Part shown: positions 19,686 through 29,027 of the stretch, one piece after another
Numbering within the stretch: position 1 is the first letter of the stretch
Layout: the number at the start of each line of letters is the position of its first letter
Assembly: GCA_039935255.1 (NCBI GenBank)
Contig: JBDTKP010000084.1
Location: 1-35,266, forward strand
Direction of reading: 5' to 3'
Source: Gelidibacter sp.
Lineage (GTDB): Bacteria > Bacteroidota > Bacteroidia > Flavobacteriales > Flavobacteriaceae
DNA length: 35,266 nucleotides
Program-made: the position numbers and the translations under genes
The notes under the pieces: generated by a model
What the model saw: only the letters and a program-made list of their open reading frames with translations
The model's database searches: none
What the model was told of the DNA's origin: nothing

Positions 19686-20951
19686 TTATAAATCGTATTG
19701 TTTAATTTTTCTATATAACGTACGTTCGCTAATGCCAAGTTCGGCAGCGGCCATTTTACGTTTACCTTGGTGTCGCTCCAATGATTTTTTAATCAATTCC
19801 AGTTCCTTGTCATGTAAAGAAAGCGTTTCTTCTTCCTCAACTTCTTCTGCAAAATGGTATTTGTCATTAGTTTCGTCAATAGCGTCTGAAAGTTGACTCA
19901 TTTTTTCAGGAATGGACAACACTTCGAAATCTTCAATGGTGTCTTCATAATCTTCTGCATCCTCATCCCCATAAATTTTTTGGATCAAGCTTTCATTTTT
20001 CTCCTGTACTTCATTGGCGTTCCCATTCTTCATGAGTTCCATGGTGAGTTTTTTTAAATCGTTTAAGTCACTTTTCATGTCAAAAAGTACTTTATAGAGA
20101 ATTTCACGCTCACTGCTAAAATCGCTGTCGCTTTTCGAAGTTTTAATTACGGCAGGAAGATTATCGCCGTGGCTAGGTAAGTATCCTTTTAGTGTGGCCG
20201 CACTAATAGTTCTAGTGTGCTCCAATACGGATATTTGCTCAGCAGCGTTACGCAATTGTCTGATATTACCGTTCCATCTATTTTTTAAAAGTATCTCAAC
20301 CGCTTCATCAGTTAATTTGATGGTTGGCATTTTATATTTAAGAGCAAAGTCGCTGGCGAATTTTCGGAACAACAAATGAATATCTTCTTTACGCTCGCGC
20401 AAAGGAGGCAGATGAATTTCTATGGTGCTCAATCGATAGTAAAGATCTTCCCTGAATTTTTCTTTTTTGATGGCCTCAAACATATTCACATTGGTGGCTG
20501 CTACAATCCTGACATTTGTTTTTTGAACTTTACTCGAGCCTACTTTTATAAATTCGCCGTTTTCCAAAACACGTAATAAACGTACTTGAGTGGTAAGTGG
20601 AAGCTCACCAACTTCATCCAAAAAGATAGTACCGCCATCGGCCACTTCAAAATAACCTTCACGCGTATTTGTTGCGCCTGTAAAAGATCCTTTCTCATGT
20701 CCAAAAAGTTCACTATCAATGGTGCCTTCTGGTATGGCGCCACAGTTTACTGCGATGTATTTACCGTGTTTTCGATGTGATAACTGGTGTATGATTTTTG
20801 GAATGCTTTCTTTACCTACACCGCTTTCTCCAGTGACCAACACCGAAATATCTGTTGGGGCAACCTGAATCGCTTTTTCTATAGATCGGTTGAGCTTTGG
20901 GTCATTTCCAATAATTCCGAAGCGTTGTTTTATGGCTTGAATTGATTCCAT
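19686..20951 (-). CDS. Sigma54-dependent activator (AAA+ and Fis-type HTH, no N-terminal sensor domain)
   Basis: GESGVGKE, GSFTGA, FLDEVGE, FREDLYYRL, WNGNIRQL and C-terminal AAAELGISERTLYRK; AAA+ domain starts about 10 aa from the N-terminus. Confidence 0.93.
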   Translation of the reverse strand: MESIQAIKQRFGIIGNDPKLNRSIEKAIQVAPTDISVLVTGESGVGKESIPKIIHQLSHRKHGKYIAVNCGAIPEGTIDSELFGHEKGSFTGATNTREGYFEVADGGTIFLDEVGELPLTTQVRLLRVLENGEFIKVGSSKVQKTNVRIVAATNVNMFEAIKKEKFREDLYYRLSTIEIHLPPLRERKEDIHLLFRKFASDFALKYKMPTIKLTDEAVEILLKNRWNGNIRQLRNAAEQISVLEHTRTISAATLKGYLPSHGDNLPAVIKTSKSDSDFSSEREILYKVLFDMKSDLNDLKKLTMELMKNGNANEVQEKNESLIQKIYGDEDAEDYEDTIEDFEVLSIPEKMSQLSDAIDETNDKYHFAEEVEEEETLSLHDKELELIKKSLERHQGKRKMAAAELGISERTLYRKIKQYDL

Positions 20952-21029
20952 TTTAAAATTAAAGGTTAAGCATTAAGAATGAATAATTGTGTAGATTAAA
21001 ATAAAGATTGAGGGTTTTCTTATTCATTG

Positions 21030-22472
21030 TTAAATGATGGCATAGTCAATAGCTTCCCCTATTAAAGTGGCGCTAGTGCAGTCCGTAATTTTGACGTTTA
21101 CCAAATCGCCAATTTTATATTGATTCTTTGGGAAAACAGCAACGGTGTTTTGTGAGGTTCTTCCTGACCATTCTTGGTCTGATTTTTTGGATTCGCGCTC
21201 AACCAAAACTTCTACCGTAGTTCCGATATAAGCATTGGTTCTGAACTCGCTATGTTGTCTTTGCAATTGGACAATGTCATCCAAACGTCGTTTTTTAACA
21301 GCTTCAGGCACATCATCTTCCAATTTGCGTTCAGCCAAAGTTCCTGGACGTTCAGAATAAGTAAACATATAGCCGAAATTATATTTCACATAGGCCATTA
21401 AGCTCAAAGTATCCTGATGGTCTTCTTCGGTTTCTGTTGGGAAGCCTGAAATCATATCTTGGGAAATCGAACAGGTAGGAAGAATACGTCGGATATTATC
21501 AATCAATGCAAAATACTCTTCGCGGGTATGTAAACGGTTCATTTCCTTTAGAATGCGATTACTTCCGCTTTGCACAGGCAAGTGGATATGCTTGCAGATA
21601 TTTTTGAATTTTGCCATCGTTTCAATCACATCCAAAGTTAGATCCTGAGGATTCGAGGTTGAGAAACGGATGCGCATTTTGGGATAGGCCTTTGCACATA
21701 ATTCCAATAAATTTGAAAAACCGACCGCGGTTGCTTTTTGGATGTCGCTGGCTTTCTCGAAATCTTTTTTTAATCCGCCACCATACCATAAATAACTGTC
21801 CACGTTTTGGCCCAATAAGGTGATCTCTTTAAAACCTCTAATCCACAAATCGTTGACTTCTTCTAAAATACTTTGGGGATCCCTGCTGCGCTCTCTACCG
21901 CGAGTAAATGGCACGACACAAAAGGTACACATATTGTCACAGCCACGAGTGATGGACACAAAAGCACTAACGCCATTACTATTTAATCGGACAGGGGAAA
22001 TGTCGCCATAGGTTTCATCTTTGCTTAAAAGAACATTGATGGCATCTCTACCTTCTTCAACTTCTGCCAATAAATTTGGAAGATCTTTATAAGCGTCAGG
22101 TCCGACAACAAGATCTACTATTTTTTCTTCTTCAAGAAGTTTGCTTTTTAAACGTTCAGCCATGCAACCTAAAACCCCAACTTTCATTTTTGGATTGATA
22201 CGCTTTACAGCATTGTATTTTTCCAATCTTTTTCGGATGGTTTGTTCTGCTTTATCACGAATGGAGCAAGTGTTGACTAAGACTAAATCGGCTTCCTCTA
22301 ATTTTTGTGTCGTGTTGTAGCCTTCCTTTAATAGAATGGAAGCTACGATTTCACTGTCACTAAAATTCATAGAGCAGCCATAGCTTTCAATAAAAAGCTT
22401 ACGAGTATTCTCTGTTTTTTGTTCGAGTGCGAGACTTTCTCCTTGCTTGCTTTCGTCAATAATTTTCTCCAT
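21030..22472 (-). CDS. miaB: tRNA ms2i6A37 methylthiotransferase
   Basis: SYGCSMN, NTCSIR, GCMAE, radical-SAM CDNMCTFC, C-terminal TRAM domain. Confidence 0.97.
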   Translation of the reverse strand: MEKIIDESKQGESLALEQKTENTRKLFIESYGCSMNFSDSEIVASILLKEGYNTTQKLEEADLVLVNTCSIRDKAEQTIRKRLEKYNAVKRINPKMKVGVLGCMAERLKSKLLEEEKIVDLVVGPDAYKDLPNLLAEVEEGRDAINVLLSKDETYGDISPVRLNSNGVSAFVSITRGCDNMCTFCVVPFTRGRERSRDPQSILEEVNDLWIRGFKEITLLGQNVDSYLWYGGGLKKDFEKASDIQKATAVGFSNLLELCAKAYPKMRIRFSTSNPQDLTLDVIETMAKFKNICKHIHLPVQSGSNRILKEMNRLHTREEYFALIDNIRRILPTCSISQDMISGFPTETEEDHQDTLSLMAYVKYNFGYMFTYSERPGTLAERKLEDDVPEAVKKRRLDDIVQLQRQHSEFRTNAYIGTTVEVLVERESKKSDQEWSGRTSQNTVAVFPKNQYKIGDLVNVKITDCTSATLIGEAIDYAII

Positions 22473-22528
22473 AAGTTTCTTGAAACGTCTGTCGTTGTTT
22501 TTTTTAGACCTTCGTCAAAAGGCAGTTG

Positions 22529-22569
22529 CAAAGATAAGATTATTTTAATGATTGTGACAAAGTGACAGT
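22529..22569 (-). promoter_or_regulatory. miaB operon promoter (-7/-33) overlapped by a TGACA box
   Basis: TATCTTTG at 22536-22529; TTG at 22560-22558 lies inside TGACAAAGTGACAGT. Confidence 0.6.
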
Positions 22570-22639
22570 GTATTAAAATGTTTTGATTATGTTAAAAATT
22601 TATGGTTTCTTTGAATTTAAACCAACTAAAATTAAAAAA

Positions 22640-23422
22640 ATGACCCCAACAGAATTTAAGTCCAAAATAGGCAATGCTCAAGATTTGGATTTTGGAACAA
22701 TATTTAACCTATGTATTCAATTGTTTAAAAAAAGCTGGTTGCAAGGCTTTTTATTACAGCTTTTTGTCATCATTATGATGGTGCCGTTTTTTATCATTCT
22801 ATATGTGCCGATCATCATGATGGTTATTTCAGAATCTGCATCAGGACAATTTGACGCCAACGACGTGAATGGTTTATTTGCAGGGCTTTCTGTGATTTAT
22901 ATTGTAGTGTTAATTTTAGGATTTTTTGTTATAGGCGTTGTTCAAGTAGCGCTCACGGGAGGATTTTACAAAATATTGAAAAATTTAGATGAGGGACGTG
23001 AAGCCAAAACATCGGACTTGTTTTATTTTTTGAAAGGAAAATATCTTGGTAAGATTGCAGTATTAATGTTAGTGACTGGTTTAATAGCAATTCCTGCAGC
23101 TTTGTTTTTTTACTTACCACTTTTTTACGTCATGATTCCCATGTCGTTCTTTACCATAACTTTTGCGTTTAATCCAGAATGGTCCATAGGGGATATTGTG
23201 GGATCAAGCTTTAGGTTAGGTAATAAAAAATGGCTATTGACTTTTGGGTTATTCGTGGTTTCTTATATAGCTTTGATGATACTGACTTTTGTAACCTGTG
23301 GACTTGGAAGTTTGTTTTTAGCGCCATTTATGTATCATCCCATTTATTTCATCTATAAAGAAACGGTAGGGTTTGATGATTTGAACGAATTGAATCAAAT
23401 TGGCGAGAAAGTCGAGTTTTAA
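22640..23422 (+). CDS. Hypothetical polytopic membrane protein
   Basis: About six hydrophobic segments; ATG 22640 after an A-rich leader preferred over the upstream TTG. Confidence 0.8.
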   Translation: MTPTEFKSKIGNAQDLDFGTIFNLCIQLFKKSWLQGFLLQLFVIIMMVPFFIILYVPIIMMVISESASGQFDANDVNGLFAGLSVIYIVVLILGFFVIGVVQVALTGGFYKILKNLDEGREAKTSDLFYFLKGKYLGKIAVLMLVTGLIAIPAALFFYLPLFYVMIPMSFFTITFAFNPEWSIGDIVGSSFRLGNKKWLLTFGLFVVSYIALMILTFVTCGLGSLFLAPFMYHPIYFIYKETVGFDDLNELNQIGEKVEF

Positions 23423-23484
23423 CAAGGGCATTACAACTGTTGCCCATTTAGGGAGTTGTAGTACGGATGCTATCTTTAAAATTT

Positions 23485-23598
23485 TATTTTTATAATAGGT
23501 ATCTCTCATTACCTGAAGTAAGCATACCTAAAGTCGGCGTCGAACTACTTTTTTCACATATATTTTATTTGAAAAGCCTGAACATACAGGCTTTTTTT
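23485..23598 (+). ncRNA. Candidate small RNA upstream of topA
   Basis: -7-like TATCTTTA (23471), hairpin TAGGTAT..TTAC-ctgaa-GTAA..ATACCTA, then a strong terminator. Confidence 0.35.
23572..23598 (+). terminator. Intrinsic terminator
   Basis: AAAAGCCTG-aacata-CAGGCTTTTTTT. Confidence 0.85.
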
Positions 23599-23656
23599 AT
23601 GCCTGTTTATTTTTCGTTTAACAGCGTAAAAATCGGTTTAGAATTTTTTAATTAGG

Positions 23657-23684
23657 TTGAATAATATTTTTTCACATACATTTG
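23657..23684 (+). promoter_or_regulatory. topA promoter (-33/-7)
   Basis: TTG-N17-TACATTTG ending 19 nt before the ATG. Confidence 0.6.
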
Positions 23685-23703
23685 TAGCCAGAAAAAAATT
23701 AAT

Positions 23704-26250
23704 ATGGCGAAGAACTTAGTTATTGTCGAGTCCCCTGCAAAGGCTAAAACGATTGAGAAATTTTTAGGAAAGGATTTTAAGGTAGAGTCCAGTTTTGGGC
23801 ATATTGCCGATTTACCTTCTAACGAATTGGGAGTGGATGTTGATGGTGATTTTAAACCGCGCTATGAGGTTTCGAAGGATAAAAAGGCCGTTGTAAAAAA
23901 ACTGAAAGATTTAGCAAAGGGAGCCGAGATGGTTTGGTTGGCGAGTGATGAGGATCGCGAGGGTGAGGCCATTGCATGGCACTTGGCTGAGACTTTAAAG
24001 TTAGATAAGACAAAAACCAAACGTATAGTTTTCCATGAGATTACCAAGACGGCAATTTTAAAAGCAATTGATAATCCACGTGATATTGATTACCATTTAG
24101 TGGATGCACAGCAAGCTCGCCGGGTATTGGATAGGATCGTAGGATATGAGCTGTCGCCGGTGTTATGGCGTAAGGTAAAAGGCGGGCTTTCAGCAGGCCG
24201 TGTGCAATCTGTTGCTGTAAGGCTTATTGTGGAACGTGAACGCGACATACAAGGGTTCAATGCAGAAGCATCCTACAGAATTGATGCTGAATTCTCCAAT
24301 GAAGCAGGACAGAGCTTTAAGGCAAAGCTTCCAAAGAATTTTAAAACGAAGGTAGAAGCCTATAAATTTTTAGAATCTAATGCAGCAGCTTCTTTTAAAG
24401 TCGCCGACTTAGAAAAAAAACCAGCAAAAAAATCGCCAGCAGCACCCTTTACAACCTCTACTTTGCAACAAGAGGCATCGCGTAAGCTCTATTTTTCGGT
24501 ATCGAAAACCATGACTATGGCGCAACGTTTATATGAAGCTGGTTTGATTACATATATGAGAACAGATAGCGTCAATTTATCTGATGAAGCGCGTAATGGC
24601 GCCCAAGCAGAAATTAATGAGGCCTATGGTTCTAAATACAGTAAACCGCGCAACTATAAAGGCAAATCAAAAGGTGCTCAAGAAGCGCATGAGGCGATCA
24701 GACCTACTGACTTTTCTGTGCACTCTGTGGACATTGATAGAGATCAGGCAAGGTTGTATGATTTGATATGGAAACGAGCTATTGCTTCTCAAATGAGTGA
24801 GGCAGAATTGGAGCGTACCAATGTTAAAATTAGCGCCTCAACACATAAGGAGTTGTTTAGTGCCAATGGAGAGGTCATTAAATTTGACGGATTTTTAAAA
24901 GTCTATTTGGAAGGTACTGATGATGAAGATTCCGAACAAGATGGGATGTTGCCAGCAATGAGAACTAATGAAACCCTTCTCAATTCCTACATCACTGCCA
25001 CAGAGCGTTATACTAGACCGCCATACCGTTATACGGAAGCCTCTTTAGTGAAGCAGTTGGAAGAGCTAGGGATTGGTCGACCGTCCACATACGCACCAAC
25101 TATTTCAACCATTCAGAACAGAAATTATGTTGAAAAAGGCTCTATAGAAGGTGCAGAACGCAACTATACCCAATTGACTTTAAAAAGTGGGAAGGTAGAA
25201 GATCAGGAACTCACAGAAAAAGTAGGATCAGATAAAGGGAAATTAGTGCCCACGGATATTGGCATGATTGTAACCGACTTTTTGGTCAACCATTTTGGAA
25301 GTATTTTGGACTATAACTTTACAGCAAAGATGGAAGCTGATTTCGATGAAATAGCAGAAGGGAAGGAAGATTGGACCAAAATGATGAAGGATTTTTACAA
25401 GGACTTCCATCCGCAGGTTATTGATGTGCAAGAAAATGCTGAGCGAGAATCGGGTGAACGTATTTTAGGTAAAGACCCTAAAACAGGACGTCAAGTAAGT
25501 GTGCGTTTAGGTAAATTTGGACCCATGGTGCAAATTGGAACCGTCGAAGAAGAAGAGAAGCCTTTATTTGCAAGCTTATCTCCAGACCAACAATTGACCA
25601 ATATTACTTATGAAGAAGCAATGGATCTCTTCCAGCTTCCAAAAACACTGGGAACATATAATGATGAAACTGTTGAGGTAAATAATGGACGTTTTGGACC
25701 TTATGTAAAATATGGCGAAAAGTTTGTGTCGCTTCCTAAAGGGATGGAAGCATTGAATGTTGAGCTTGATGTTGCGATCGATTTGATTAAAGAGAAAGAA
25801 ATAGCAGACGCTCCTATATATATGTATGATGATTTACCTGTACAAAAAGGCAAAGGACGTTTTGGTCCATTTATTAAATGGAACGATATGTTTATTAATG
25901 TTAATAAAAAATATGATTGGGATAATTTATCTGACACGGATATTGTAACATTGATTGAAGATAAAATCCAAAAGGAAATAGATAAAGTCATTCACAATTG
26001 GGAAGATGAAGGTATTCGTGTGGAAAAAGCACGGTGGGGCAGGCATAATGTAATTAAAGGAAAAACTAAAATAGAATTGGCCAAGACTGTTGATGTTTCT
26101 AAATTAACTTTGGAAAGTGTCAAAGAAATGATTGAAGCAAAAGCACCAAAAAAGAAAGTTGTAAAAAAGAAAGCCGCTACTAAGCCGGCCACTAAAAAAA
26201 CAGCTGCTACGGCAACTAAGAAAGCAACAACAACAACAAAAAAGAAGTAA
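23704..26250 (+). CDS. topA: DNA topoisomerase I (type IA)
   Basis: LVIVESPAKAKTI, DEDREGE, SAGRVQS, ITYMRTDS, QEAHEAIRPT; GRFGP-type C-terminal repeats and Lys-rich tail. Confidence 0.98.
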   Translation: MAKNLVIVESPAKAKTIEKFLGKDFKVESSFGHIADLPSNELGVDVDGDFKPRYEVSKDKKAVVKKLKDLAKGAEMVWLASDEDREGEAIAWHLAETLKLDKTKTKRIVFHEITKTAILKAIDNPRDIDYHLVDAQQARRVLDRIVGYELSPVLWRKVKGGLSAGRVQSVAVRLIVERERDIQGFNAEASYRIDAEFSNEAGQSFKAKLPKNFKTKVEAYKFLESNAAASFKVADLEKKPAKKSPAAPFTTSTLQQEASRKLYFSVSKTMTMAQRLYEAGLITYMRTDSVNLSDEARNGAQAEINEAYGSKYSKPRNYKGKSKGAQEAHEAIRPTDFSVHSVDIDRDQARLYDLIWKRAIASQMSEAELERTNVKISASTHKELFSANGEVIKFDGFLKVYLEGTDDEDSEQDGMLPAMRTNETLLNSYITATERYTRPPYRYTEASLVKQLEELGIGRPSTYAPTISTIQNRNYVEKGSIEGAERNYTQLTLKSGKVEDQELTEKVGSDKGKLVPTDIGMIVTDFLVNHFGSILDYNFTAKMEADFDEIAEGKEDWTKMMKDFYKDFHPQVIDVQENAERESGERILGKDPKTGRQVSVRLGKFGPMVQIGTVEEEEKPLFASLSPDQQLTNITYEEAMDLFQLPKTLGTYNDETVEVNNGRFGPYVKYGEKFVSLPKGMEALNVELDVAIDLIKEKEIADAPIYMYDDLPVQKGKGRFGPFIKWNDMFINVNKKYDWDNLSDTDIVTLIEDKIQKEIDKVIHNWEDEGIRVEKARWGRHNVIKGKTKIELAKTVDVSKLTLESVKEMIEAKAPKKKVVKKKAATKPATKKTAATATKKATTTTKKK

Positions 26251-26253
26251 CCC

Positions 26254-27420
26254 ATGACCTTTAATTTTTTATCTCCTGTTTCTGATGAGGTTTTGTCTGA
26301 CAATGAATTGTTGTCACCACAAGCCTTGGGAAGAAAATTGAAGGTTCATTCCAAAGAACATGGCCTTCCTGACCTTGACGATGTAAATATTGTCATTATC
26401 GGCGTTCTAGAGAATAGGAATGATGTTAATTATATAGGGTCTGACGTGCAATTAGATAATGTACGAAGAGTTTTATACGGTTTGTTCCCTGGCAATTGGC
26501 ACACCACTATGGCCGATTTGGGCGATATCCGTAAAGGTGATAGTGTGGAAGATACTTATTTTGCATTAAGGACAACCATTACAATATTGCTCGAAAAACA
26601 AATCATCCCGATTATATTGGGAGGAAGTCAGGATTTAACCTACCCTAATTATAGGGCCTACGACAGTATATTACCAATGGTGAATATTGTAAGTGTAGAC
26701 ACTAATTTTGATTTAGGAGATTCGACATTACCCATAAAGAACAATAGTTATTTAGGAAAGATTATTTTAGAGCAGCCTTATAATTTGTTTAACTATTCCA
26801 CTATTGGGTATCAAACCTACTTCAATTCACAGGAAGAAATAGATCTTATGGAGAAGCTTTACTTTGAAGCTTATCGTTTGGGCGAAATATCAAAATCTGT
26901 AAATGTTGTAGAGCCAGTAATGAGAGATGCCCATATTGTGAGCATCGACCTTAAAGCAGTGAAGTCGTCAGAGGTGTCTGAACAACAACGACATTCACCA
27001 AATGGATTGGATGGAAAGGAAATTTGTGCCATTGCACGATATGCAGGTATCAGTAATAAGGTCTCTTCTTTTGGTATTTATGAGTACCAACCTTCCAAAG
27101 ATGATCATGGCACTGCAATGCTTATTTCGCAGATGTTATGGTATTTCATTGAAGGTGTTAATTGTAGAATTGCGGAGAATCCTTTAAATGATGGTACAAA
27201 CTATCAGAAGTTTAATGTCATAATTGAAGATGATGACCTGATCTTTTACAAAAGTATTAAAACAGGCCGTTGGTGGATCGAAATTCCTTTTTTACCAGAT
27301 GCCAATAATAAATTAAAAAAGCATACGTTATTACCTTGCATGCACGAGGATTACATTGAGGCTACACAAGGTAAAATACCAGAAAGATGGTATAAAGCCT
27401 ATAGGAAAAATAGCTTTTAA
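26254..27420 (+). CDS. Arginase/formimidoylglutamase-fold protein with degenerate metal motifs
   Basis: ADLGDI, PIILGGSQD, SVDTNFD, SIDL, SPNGLDGKE pattern of the ureohydrolase superfamily. Confidence 0.8.
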   Translation: MTFNFLSPVSDEVLSDNELLSPQALGRKLKVHSKEHGLPDLDDVNIVIIGVLENRNDVNYIGSDVQLDNVRRVLYGLFPGNWHTTMADLGDIRKGDSVEDTYFALRTTITILLEKQIIPIILGGSQDLTYPNYRAYDSILPMVNIVSVDTNFDLGDSTLPIKNNSYLGKIILEQPYNLFNYSTIGYQTYFNSQEEIDLMEKLYFEAYRLGEISKSVNVVEPVMRDAHIVSIDLKAVKSSEVSEQQRHSPNGLDGKEICAIARYAGISNKVSSFGIYEYQPSKDDHGTAMLISQMLWYFIEGVNCRIAENPLNDGTNYQKFNVIIEDDDLIFYKSIKTGRWWIEIPFLPDANNKLKKHTLLPCMHEDYIEATQGKIPERWYKAYRKNSF

Positions 27421-27583
27421 ACACTTGTAGAACCGTTCTTTCATCGATGAAATGCCTTCTTTTTAGGATGAAATGCAAAAAAAGTAAGAAATAAATTGTT
27501 TTTTTAAAAATATATAGATATGTTTACCTCCTCAAAACTTGGTAACTAACATTTACTACTAAATAATTTAACCTCGAGTTTAT

Positions 27584-28960
27584 ATGAATATGAAGAAGTT
27601 CGCTTTATTAACCGCTGTTTTAGCTCTTTTAGCTAGTTGTAATTCTGGAGACAGAGGAGAGCTGGTTGGAGTTAAAGGAAAGAAATGGCATCCAGAAAAA
27701 CCTTATGGAATGACACTTGTCCCAGGTGGTTCATTCATTATGGGTAAATCTGATGATGATTTGGCTGGAATTCACGATGCGCCAACCAAAACTGCAACTG
27801 TTAGGGCCTTTTACATGGACGAAACAGAAATCACAAATAGTGAGTATCGTCAGTTTGTTCATTGGGTAAGGGATTCTATCATCAGGACTAAATTGGCTAT
27901 TTTGGCTGATGAAATTGGTGAAACCCCTGGTAATGGTGGTATCGGAGAGTTTGCATTTAGAGATGCTGATCCAGATAAGATGACCGTTTATGAAAAGTAT
28001 ATGTACGATAACTATAGTGGTTTGGGACCAACAGGTTTTGAAGGTCGACCATTAAACAAAAAGGTGAAGTTGATTTATGATACTAGCAAGTATCCTGATG
28101 AGTACTATGCTGAAGTTATGGATACCATGTATTTGTCATTGGAAGAATCTTACAATGGACAACGCACTTGGGATGTTAAGAAATTTAAATTTCAATACAC
28201 CTATATGGATATAGAAAAAGCAGCCAAAAACAGAAACTTAAAACGTAAAGATGTTTTGGTAACTGAGCAAGTAGAAATCTATCCAGACACTACGGCATGG
28301 ATTAGAGATTTTGCTTATTCATATAATGAGCCTATGCACAATGATTATTTCTGGCACGAAGCTTACGGAGCATATCCTGTTGTGGGTGTGTCCTGGAAAC
28401 AGGCCAATGCATTTTGTAACTGGAGGACGTTATATAAAAACTCTTATCAAAAAAGTAAAGGCGCTCAAAACGTAAATTCATTCAGATTACCATCCGAAGC
28501 TGAATGGGAATATGCTGCTAGAGGTGGTCTTCAAGGAGCAACTTACCCTTGGGGCGGACCATATGCTAAAAATGATAGAGGTTGTTTTTTAGCGAACTTT
28601 AAGCCATTACGTGGAGATTATGCAGCAGATATGGCATTATATACTGTTGAAGCAAAGTCTTATGAACCAAATGATTACAATTTATACAATATGGCAGGTA
28701 ACGTATCAGAATGGGTACAAGGTTCTTACGACCCGGGATCTTATGAATACATGTCCACCATTAATCCTAATGTGAATGACGCTAGCAACCAACGTAAAGT
28801 AGTCAGAGGAGGTTCATGGAAAGACGTAGCATATTTCCTACAAGTAAGCTCGAGAGATTATGAGTATGCAGACTCTGCACGAAGCTATATTGGCTTTAGA
28901 ACAGTACAGGATTATATGGGTACAGATATTACTGCAAATGCAGCAACAAACCAGAATTAA
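27584..28960 (+). CDS. gldK: T9SS/gliding motility lipoprotein GldK
   Basis: Lipobox LASC; FGE-sulfatase-like motifs (DETEITN, YPVVGVSW, RLPSEAEWEYAARGG, RGGSW); first gene of KLMN. Confidence 0.96.
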   Translation: MNMKKFALLTAVLALLASCNSGDRGELVGVKGKKWHPEKPYGMTLVPGGSFIMGKSDDDLAGIHDAPTKTATVRAFYMDETEITNSEYRQFVHWVRDSIIRTKLAILADEIGETPGNGGIGEFAFRDADPDKMTVYEKYMYDNYSGLGPTGFEGRPLNKKVKLIYDTSKYPDEYYAEVMDTMYLSLEESYNGQRTWDVKKFKFQYTYMDIEKAAKNRNLKRKDVLVTEQVEIYPDTTAWIRDFAYSYNEPMHNDYFWHEAYGAYPVVGVSWKQANAFCNWRTLYKNSYQKSKGAQNVNSFRLPSEAEWEYAARGGLQGATYPWGGPYAKNDRGCFLANFKPLRGDYAADMALYTVEAKSYEPNDYNLYNMAGNVSEWVQGSYDPGSYEYMSTINPNVNDASNQRKVVRGGSWKDVAYFLQVSSRDYEYADSARSYIGFRTVQDYMGTDITANAATNQN

Positions 28961-29027
28961 ATTTTTTAACAACCAAAACTAAATACTAATCTACTTTACA
29001 ATTTTAACTTAACTAAAAACGAAAATT

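Noticed and set aside
19661-19738. N-terminal extension of LptE overlapping the activator gene
   Set aside because: GTG at 19660 gives a proper lipoprotein signal without overlap
23467-23655. 62-aa ORF upstream of topA
   Set aside because: Runs through a strong terminator hairpin and has no motif; RNA structure explains the region better
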